Source: Escherichia coli
Lineage (GTDB): Bacteria > Pseudomonadota > Gammaproteobacteria > Enterobacterales > Enterobacteriaceae
Strand: one strand, 5' to 3'
Assembly: GCF_051903065.1 (NCBI RefSeq)
Contig: NZ_CP178438.1
DNA length: 64,000 bases
A program made the translations under genes and the position numbers. The notes below the pieces were generated by a model, which saw nothing but the letters and a program-made list of their open reading frames with translations, searched no databases and was not told the origin of the DNA. Position 1 is the first letter of the stretch; each line of letters begins with the position of its first letter. Positions 57,581 through 64,000 of the stretch are shown piece after piece.

Positions 57581-58512
57581 TACAGAGTTTCCTCAAAGAA
57601 CGGAGCTAATACTGAAATTGCTTCAGCCACATAGGCTTTGCCGTCATAAAGATCCATATGGTTTGCGCCTTCAACAATGTGATAGCGTTTATCCTGGCTT
57701 GATGCCCGATCGTACAGGTCGTCACTCATCCATTTGCTCCCTGCCTGGCTGCCCGCCACAATCTGCATCGGCTGAGTCAGGTACACTTCCGCCATATGGT
57801 AAGCATCATAGGTAATAATCTGGTTAAGGCTGCGCAAAGTAGCGTAACCCGGTGCTGTTGGATACTGCGCACGAGGGGTGTGGTAATACTCCCAGGCCTG
57901 ACGCAGTTCTTCGTTCGGCGCATCGGCCTCCTTCATTGGAGCCAGTGGCATAATGGCGTATTCTTCGCTGCTAATATCGCTGGTTCGGGCGTTTGAGCCA
58001 GCTTCAATGTGTGGCAGAGCATCAATAGATTTCACATTGTTTTCCCAACCATTGCGGAACATCGAACCAATATTGACCGCACTAACGGTACCGATGGCCT
58101 TGATGCGGCGATCCTGAATTGCAGCATTGGCTGTATATCCTGCACCGGCACAAATTCCCATCGCACCAATTCGGGTATTGTCGACATAAGAAAGCGTTGT
58201 CAGGTAATCAATCACGGCACTGATGTCTTCAGTACGAATGTATGGGTTTTCTAACTGACGCGGCTCGCCGCCACTTTCACCCTGATAAGATGCGTCATAA
58301 GCAATAGTGACAAATCCCTTTTCCGCCAGTTTTTCGGCATAGGTCCCGGCCGTTTGTTCTTTAACGCCCCCACCTGGGTGAGATACCACAATTGCCGGAT
58401 ATTGACGGGTTTCATCAAATTTTGGAGGAAAATAGATCACTGCAGACAAAGAGATGGTTGGATTATTGCTGTTAGTGAAGCTGACTTTATTATTCATCAT
58501 TCCGTTCCTCAT
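57580..58512 (-). CDS. ycjY: Alpha/beta hydrolase (dienelactone-hydrolase-like, GICAG), ycjY-like
   Basis: 310-aa ORF; TAATG stop/start overlap with the downstream paralog. Confidence 0.7.
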   Translation of the reverse strand: MRNGMMNNKVSFTNSNNPTISLSAVIYFPPKFDETRQYPAIVVSHPGGGVKEQTAGTYAEKLAEKGFVTIAYDASYQGESGGEPRQLENPYIRTEDISAVIDYLTTLSYVDNTRIGAMGICAGAGYTANAAIQDRRIKAIGTVSAVNIGSMFRNGWENNVKSIDALPHIEAGSNARTSDISSEEYAIMPLAPMKEADAPNEELRQAWEYYHTPRAQYPTAPGYATLRSLNQIITYDAYHMAEVYLTQPMQIVAGSQAGSKWMSDDLYDRASSQDKRYHIVEGANHMDLYDGKAYVAEAISVLAPFFEETL

Positions 58513-58570
58513 GGAGTTGTTGGTTCGTTTTAACGGTTGGTGATATCACTATAGATATTGATCATTAAGT

Positions 58571-58615
58571 TGATTAGACCCAAAATCATGATTAGACCTA
58601 TCATTTAAATGATTA
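58571..58615. promoter_or_regulatory. pgrR divergent control region: direct repeat TGATTAGACC x2 plus palindrome ATCATTTAAATGAT (T-N11-A type)
   Basis: Read directly; sits between divergent hydrolase operon and pgrR. Confidence 0.5.
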
Positions 58616-58637
58616 ATAGATTGTATGGAGATACTGA

Positions 58638-59537
58638 ATGAAGCGTGAAGAGATCGCTGATCTGATGGCGTTTGTCGTCGTTGCAGAGGAGCGTAGCTTC
58701 ACTCGAGCAGCAGCCCGCCTGAGCATGGCGCAGTCAGCTTTAAGCCAGATAGTGCGCCGTATAGAAGAACGATTGGGATTGCGGCTTCTGACGCGAACTA
58801 CGCGCAGCGTTGTACCAACTGAAGCGGGCGAGCATCTTTTGTCTGTTCTTGGCCCTATGTTGCATGACATAGATTCTGCCCTGACATCCCTGAGCGATCT
58901 GCAGAACCGCCCATCCGGGACAATACGTATTACTACTGTAGAACATGCAGCAAAAACGATATTGTTACCAGCCATGCGCACATTCCTGAGATCGCATCCT
59001 GAAATTGATATTCAGCTCACCATTGATTATGGTTTGACCGATGTCGTTTCTGAACGTTTTGATGCAGGCGTCCGTCTGGGTGGGGAGATGGATAAAGATA
59101 TGATCGCCATTCGAATCGGGCCAGATATACCAATGGCTATTGTTGGCTCACCGGATTATTTTTCTCGCCGAAGTGTTCCAACGTCAGTGTCACAATTAAT
59201 AGATCATCAGGCAATTAATTTGTATCTTCCCACATCGGGTACAGCAAATCGCTGGAGATTAATACGCGGTGGACGTGAAGTTCGTGTTCGCATGGAAGGT
59301 CAGCTTTTACTGAATACGATAGACCTGATCATTGATGCTGCAATTGATGGGCATGGATTGGCGTATCTACCTTATGATCAGGTTGAGCGGGCTATTAAAG
59401 AAAAAAAACTGATACGTGTTTTGGATAAATTCACACCAGATTTACCCGGTTATCACCTGTACTATCCACACCGTCGACATGCTGGCTCGGCATTCTCATT
59501 ATTTATAGATAGGCTGAAGTATAAAGGTGCTGTTTAG
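58638..59537 (+). CDS. pgrR: LysR-family transcriptional regulator
   Basis: 299-aa ORF with N-terminal HTH (FTRAAARLSMAQSALSQ); recognised as PgrR/YcjZ. Confidence 0.85.
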   Translation: MKREEIADLMAFVVVAEERSFTRAAARLSMAQSALSQIVRRIEERLGLRLLTRTTRSVVPTEAGEHLLSVLGPMLHDIDSALTSLSDLQNRPSGTIRITTVEHAAKTILLPAMRTFLRSHPEIDIQLTIDYGLTDVVSERFDAGVRLGGEMDKDMIAIRIGPDIPMAIVGSPDYFSRRSVPTSVSQLIDHQAINLYLPTSGTANRWRLIRGGREVRVRMEGQLLLNTIDLIIDAAIDGHGLAYLPYDQVERAIKEKKLIRVLDKFTPDLPGYHLYYPHRRHAGSAFSLFIDRLKYKGAV

Positions 59538-59873
59538 CACTACTTGCTGATACATTAATTTAATTCTTCTCTTAACGTATTCTCAGTTCCTTTCAACGTT
59601 TTGGTTATTTTTTATTCTTCGTACAATGGCGACAGATGCTGATTATGATACCGAAAACTGGTTTGAACGTGTGAAGCCCGAACGTAGTGTTCGGTGTTCT
59701 ATGTGCTTTGCCGCATTTTGGCGTCTATTATTTACACTAAATATGATTTAATATATTGATACATAAAACATTTTATGCTTCCTGTGTCACTTTTTTGATG
59801 GAAGTTGTTTGCATTTCTTTAAGGCGAAACAAATAATTACGCATCAATTTTAATGTCGGTTAGAGGGAAACTT

Positions 59874-61487
59874 ATGAAGCACTCTGTTTCAGTCACGTGT
59901 TGTGCGCTGTTGGTCAGCAGCATTTCTCTTTCGTATGCTGCAGAAGTTCCGAGCGGCACAGTACTGGCAGAGAAGCAGGAGCTGGTGCGCCACATTAAAG
60001 ATGAGCCTGCGTCGCTGGATCCCGCTAAAGCCGTGGGCCTGCCAGAGATTCAGGTCATTCGCGATCTTTTTGAAGGACTGGTGAATCAGAACGAGAAAGG
60101 GGAGATTGTCCCCGGCGTTGCGACTCAGTGGAAAAGTAATGACAACCGTATCTGGACTTTTACCCTGCGCGATAACGCAAAATGGGCGGATGGCACACCG
60201 GTAACGGCGCAAGATTTTGTCTACAGCTGGCAGCGTCTGGTGGACCCGAAAACGCTATCGCCATTTGCATGGTTTGCCGCGCTGGCGGGAATCAACAACG
60301 CACAGGCGATTATTGATGGTAAAGCTACGCCTGACCAGCTTGGCGTCACCGCAGTTGATGCCCATACTTTGAAAATTCAGCTTGATAAACCGTTGCCGTG
60401 GTTTGTGAATTTAACCGCTAACTTTGCCTTCTTCCCGGTGCAAAAAGCCAACGTAGAAAGCGGTAAAGAGTGGACGAAACCCGGAAATCTGATCGGCAAT
60501 GGCGCTTATGTTCTTAAAGAGCGCGTAGTCAATGAAAAACTGGTCGTGGTACCGAATACCCATTATTGGGATAACGCCAAAACGGTACTGCAAAAAGTGA
60601 CCTTCCTGCCAATTAATCAGGAATCCGCAGCCACTAAGCGTTACCTCGCGGGGGATATTGATATCACCGAATCCTTCCCGAAAAATATGTATCAGAAGCT
60701 GTTGAAGGATATTCCGGGGCAGGTTTATACGCCGCCGCAGCTCGGGACCTATTATTATGCGTTTAACACGCAAAAAGGGCCGACGGCAGATCAGCGCGTT
60801 CGTCTGGCATTAAGTATGACGATAGATCGCCGCCTGATGACCGAAAAAGTATTAGGGACGGGCGAAAAGCCAGCGTGGCATTTTACACCAGATGTTACCG
60901 CCGGATTTACGCCGGAACCTTCGCCGTTTGAACAAATGAGTCAGGAAGAACTGAATGCGCAGGCAAAAACTTTGTTGAGCGCAGCTGGTTATGGTCCGCA
61001 AAAACCGCTGAAGCTGACGCTTTTGTATAACACTTCAGAAAACCATCAAAAAATTGCGATTGCTGTAGCATCGATGTGGAAAAAGAACCTTGGCGTAGAT
61101 GTTAAATTGCAAAATCAGGAATGGAAAACCTATATCGATAGCCGTAACACCGGCAATTTTGATGTTATCCGCGCCTCATGGGTGGGGGATTATAATGAAC
61201 CCTCCACTTTCCTGACATTATTAACGTCAACGCATTCAGGAAATATTTCACGCTTTAACAATCCGGCATACGACAAAGTTCTGGCCCAGGCATCGACGGA
61301 AAATACCGTTAAAGCGCGTAATGCCGATTACAACGCGGCAGAAAAAATCCTCATGGAGCAAGCACCGATTGCACCAATTTATCAATATACCAATGGACGA
61401 TTAATCAAGCCGTGGCTGAAAGGTTATCCCATTAATAACCCGGAAGATGTGGCGTACAGTCGGACTATGTATATTGTGAAGCATTGA
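59874..61487 (+). CDS. mppA: Periplasmic murein tripeptide-binding protein
   Basis: ORF 59853..61487; start set at MKHSVSVTCCALL... (537 aa) after an agagggaaa ribosome-binding site. Confidence 0.9.
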   Translation: MKHSVSVTCCALLVSSISLSYAAEVPSGTVLAEKQELVRHIKDEPASLDPAKAVGLPEIQVIRDLFEGLVNQNEKGEIVPGVATQWKSNDNRIWTFTLRDNAKWADGTPVTAQDFVYSWQRLVDPKTLSPFAWFAALAGINNAQAIIDGKATPDQLGVTAVDAHTLKIQLDKPLPWFVNLTANFAFFPVQKANVESGKEWTKPGNLIGNGAYVLKERVVNEKLVVVPNTHYWDNAKTVLQKVTFLPINQESAATKRYLAGDIDITESFPKNMYQKLLKDIPGQVYTPPQLGTYYYAFNTQKGPTADQRVRLALSMTIDRRLMTEKVLGTGEKPAWHFTPDVTAGFTPEPSPFEQMSQEELNAQAKTLLSAAGYGPQKPLKLTLLYNTSENHQKIAIAVASMWKKNLGVDVKLQNQEWKTYIDSRNTGNFDVIRASWVGDYNEPSTFLTLLTSTHSGNISRFNNPAYDKVLAQASTENTVKARNADYNAAEKILMEQAPIAPIYQYTNGRLIKPWLKGYPINNPEDVAYSRTMYIVKH

Positions 61488-61500
61488 TGTGATGGGAACT

Positions 61501-61524
61501 GGCGTTACCCTTGTGGATAACGCC
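61501..61524. terminator. Hairpin (ggcgttaccc...ggataacgcc) between convergent mppA and ynaI
   Basis: Inverted repeat read directly. Confidence 0.55.
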
Positions 61525-61537
61525 AGTGATGTCTGAT

Positions 61538-62569
61538 TTAGCGGCCCTGTTCCGGCGGTGTAATGTTATCCATATACAGCGTCTGGCTGGGGAAGGCAAA
61601 GTCCGCGCCGTGTGACTGTACAATATCGATAATCTTCAAATAAACGTCTTGCTGTGCAGCAAGCCACTCAGCCCATACCGTGGTTTTGGTAAAGCAATAA
61701 ACCATAATATTCAATGACGAGTCAGCAAACTGGTTGAAATAAACCAGTAAGGTTTGTCGCTGGTCGATGGCCGGGTGATTTTTCAGCATCTCACGTACGG
61801 CTTCGACGATAACGCCCACTTTTGCCGCATCCTCATAACGTAAACCAATGGTCGTGGTAATGCGGCGGTTGGTCATTCGTCCTGGGTTTTCTACGCTGAT
61901 CGACGAAAACAGCGAGTTCGGTACGTACAATGGACGATTATCAAAGGTCGTAATTTTGGTAATTCGCCAGCCAATTTCCGCTACTGTACCTTCGATATTT
62001 CTGTCCGGTGAACGGATCCAGTCGCCAATACTGAAAGGACGGTCGAAATAGAGCATGATCCCGGAAAAGAAATTACTCAGAATATCTTTACCGGCCATAC
62101 CGACAGCCAGACCACCAATACCACCAAAGGTCAGCAAGCCAGAAAGGCTCATGCCGAAATGTTCGCCATAAAGCAGAACAAGCACCACAATAATGGTGAT
62201 TTTGATAATGCGCGACATAATCCGCGCACTGGTGATATCGCGACCTTTTTTAATCTGCTGTTTTTCAAACTGATTAATCAGCAGAAATAGCTTAATCGTC
62301 AGAATAACCGCAATCAGGGACGTACAGATAAAATCGATAACGCCTGGGGTGATAAATTTGAGTTTATAGTTTTCTATAACATAATTAATAATGCTACCAA
62401 CAGCACTGATAATTATGGTGTAGATTAAAAATTGCACCGCATGGAATAAAAAACCTTTTCTTTTACGATTTCCGCGGCGAAACCAAAAGCTCATCAGAAT
62501 CAATGCTGCGCAGCTACCGAAAATAATGACCAGATTAAGCGCATTATTTGTAAACAGTTCAGCGATCAT
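61538..62569 (-). CDS. ynaI: MscS-family mechanosensitive channel
   Basis: 343-aa ORF with N-terminal TM helices and MscS-type C-terminal domain. Confidence 0.85.
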
Positions 62570-62812
62570 TGTTTTATCAGGCTCCTCCAGATAATTGTCG
62601 TCATGCCGGAAACCCCTGGCGGGGCTATTTTACCGCGACAATTCATTCAGATCATCAATAGTCAGGGAAGGAAGTAGCAACATTAGCTAACTAATCAATG
62701 CGTTGATTGTAAATCCAGCTAAGAGGTGAGGTTTTCAGAGCAGACAACGGTGAAATGTCATGGTATTGTTACGTTTAGGTAACAAGAAATTTGTCTGCAC
62801 AAGGATTACATC

Positions 62813-63070
62813 ATGATTATGGCGAAACTGAAGTCAGCGAAAGGGAAGAAATTTCTCTTTGGTTTGTTGGCGGTTTTCATTATTGCGGCGTCGGTTGTGA
62901 CTCGCGCGACTATCGGCGGCGTTATAGAACAGTACAATATTCCGCTGTCTGAGTGGACGACATCAATGTATGTGATTCAGTCATCGATGATTTTTGTTTA
63001 TAGCCTGGTCTTTACTGTGTTGCTGGCAATCCCGTTGGGAATTTATTTCCTTGGCGGCGAAGAGCAGTAA
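62813..63070 (+). CDS. ynaJ: Small inner-membrane protein (DUF2534)
   Basis: 85-aa two-TM ORF. Confidence 0.8.
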   Translation: MIMAKLKSAKGKKFLFGLLAVFIIAASVVTRATIGGVIEQYNIPLSEWTTSMYVIQSSMIFVYSLVFTVLLAIPLGIYFLGGEEQ

Positions 63071-63079
63071 GTAAAAAAT

Positions 63080-63099
63080 AGGCCCGATAACTCGGGCCT
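63080..63099. terminator. Hairpin (aggcccg-ataact-cgggcct) between convergent ynaJ and uspE
   Basis: Read directly. Confidence 0.65.
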
Positions 63100-63119
63100 T
63101 GTCAGTTATTGAAGAGTCG

Positions 63120-64000
63120 TTAATCGTCTTCTTCGTCATCCAGTTCAACGGGTGTCTGATACTGGTCAGGTTTAATGACCAACAGATCGCAGCGAAGATG
63201 ATCAATCACCTGTTCCGCCGTGTTGCCGAGGAATGCTGCTGAAATACCGGTGCGTCCTACCGTGCCCAGAACCACAATCCCCGCCTGTAAGTGCTCCGCC
63301 AAATCAGGAATCACCTCTTCTGGCAGACCTTTTTCTACGTGCGTCATGTTTTCATTAATGCCGAATTTCTGCCGCAGGGCTTTCATTGCCAGCAAATGTT
63401 GCCCACGAATGGCATCGTTATAAACGCTCGGATCAAATTCCGGCAGTTCAATCGCGATATTAATTGGCGTTACTGGGTAAGCGCCAACCAGATGAACTTC
63501 GGTATGGTTGACTTGTTCTGCCAGTTCGATCGTCTCTTTGACCAGTTTTTCATTGAGCGCATTATGATACGGCTCTTCACTGGCGAGATTCACCGCCACC
63601 AGCGCCTTACCTCCTTCCGGCCACGGCTGGTCTTTCACCATCCACACCGGGCTTGGGCATTTGCGTAACAGATGCCAGTCCGTTGGCGTAAAAATCACCG
63701 CTTCCAGACGGTCATGTTGGTGCGCCATTTTTAGCACCAAATCGTGCCCGCCGCTGATCACTTCCTGAATGATGGCTTCGAAAGGACGGTTATGCCAGAC
63801 CACTTTAATTTCAATGGGAACGCCAGCATTGAGATAATATTTTGCCTGCTCGTGGATCCAGGCTGTACGCTGGCTGATGACGCCCTGACGCATAGCGGTA
63901 CGTTCGTCCGGGGAGAGCAGGGTGGTCATTTCGTATGAGAAGTCATAGATCGGCAAAAAGGCTTTAATTTTGCCACCAATCCGTTGATGTAAATAAACAG
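63120..64000 (-). CDS. uspE: Universal stress protein E (tandem Usp domains); N-terminus lies beyond the window end
   Basis: ORF open to the 3' window edge; C-terminus (...[15 protein letters not shown]) recognised as UspE. Confidence 0.85.
   Translation of the reverse strand, partial: VYLHQRIGGKIKAFLPIYDFSYEMTTLLSPDERTAMRQGVISQRTAWIHEQAKYYLNAGVPIEIKVVWHNRPFEAIIQEVISGGHDLVLKMAHQHDRLEAVIFTPTDWHLLRKCPSPVWMVKDQPWPEGGKALVAVNLASEEPYHNALNEKLVKETIELAEQVNHTEVHLVGAYPVTPINIAIELPEFDPSVYNDAIRGQHLLAMKALRQKFGINENMTHVEKGLPEEVIPDLAEHLQAGIVVLGTVGRTGISAAFLGNTAEQVIDHLRCDLLVIKPDQYQTPVELDDEEDD

Overview
This window reads as a largely conserved Escherichia coli chromosomal segment (pyrF to uspE in K-12 gene order), with three IS insertions and one small accessory efflux remnant; I did not find a clearly new biological system. 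Gene names come from my recognition of the translated ORFs as K-12 proteins, not from a database search. Gene order on the + strand is: pyrF' - yciH - osmB - [IS1] - yciT - yciZ - pdeR(gmr) - rnb - yciW - fabI - [IS1, inverted] - truncated RND pump / outer-membrane factor / Bcr-like MFS - sapFDCBA - ymjA - puuPADRCBE - pspF / pspABCDE - ycjMNOPQRSTUV - ompG - [IS150] - ycjW - ycjXF - tyrR - tpx - ycjG - mpaA - ymjC-like - two tandem hydrolase paralogs - pgrR - mppA - ynaI - ynaJ - uspE'. The points most worth a second look are: (1) an IS1-truncated RND/OMF/MFS efflux cluster sitting where K-12 has ycjD; (2) two identical IS1 copies in inverted orientation bracketing yciT-fabI; (3) an in-frame amber codon in ycjN; (4) a 32-bp motif shared upstream of mpaA and mppA; (5) repeat and palindrome structure in the pgrR divergent promoter. 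No tRNA, rRNA, CRISPR array or prophage genes were seen. All coordinates were counted by hand from the ORF track and sequence; IS ends and short motifs may be off by 1-2 bp.
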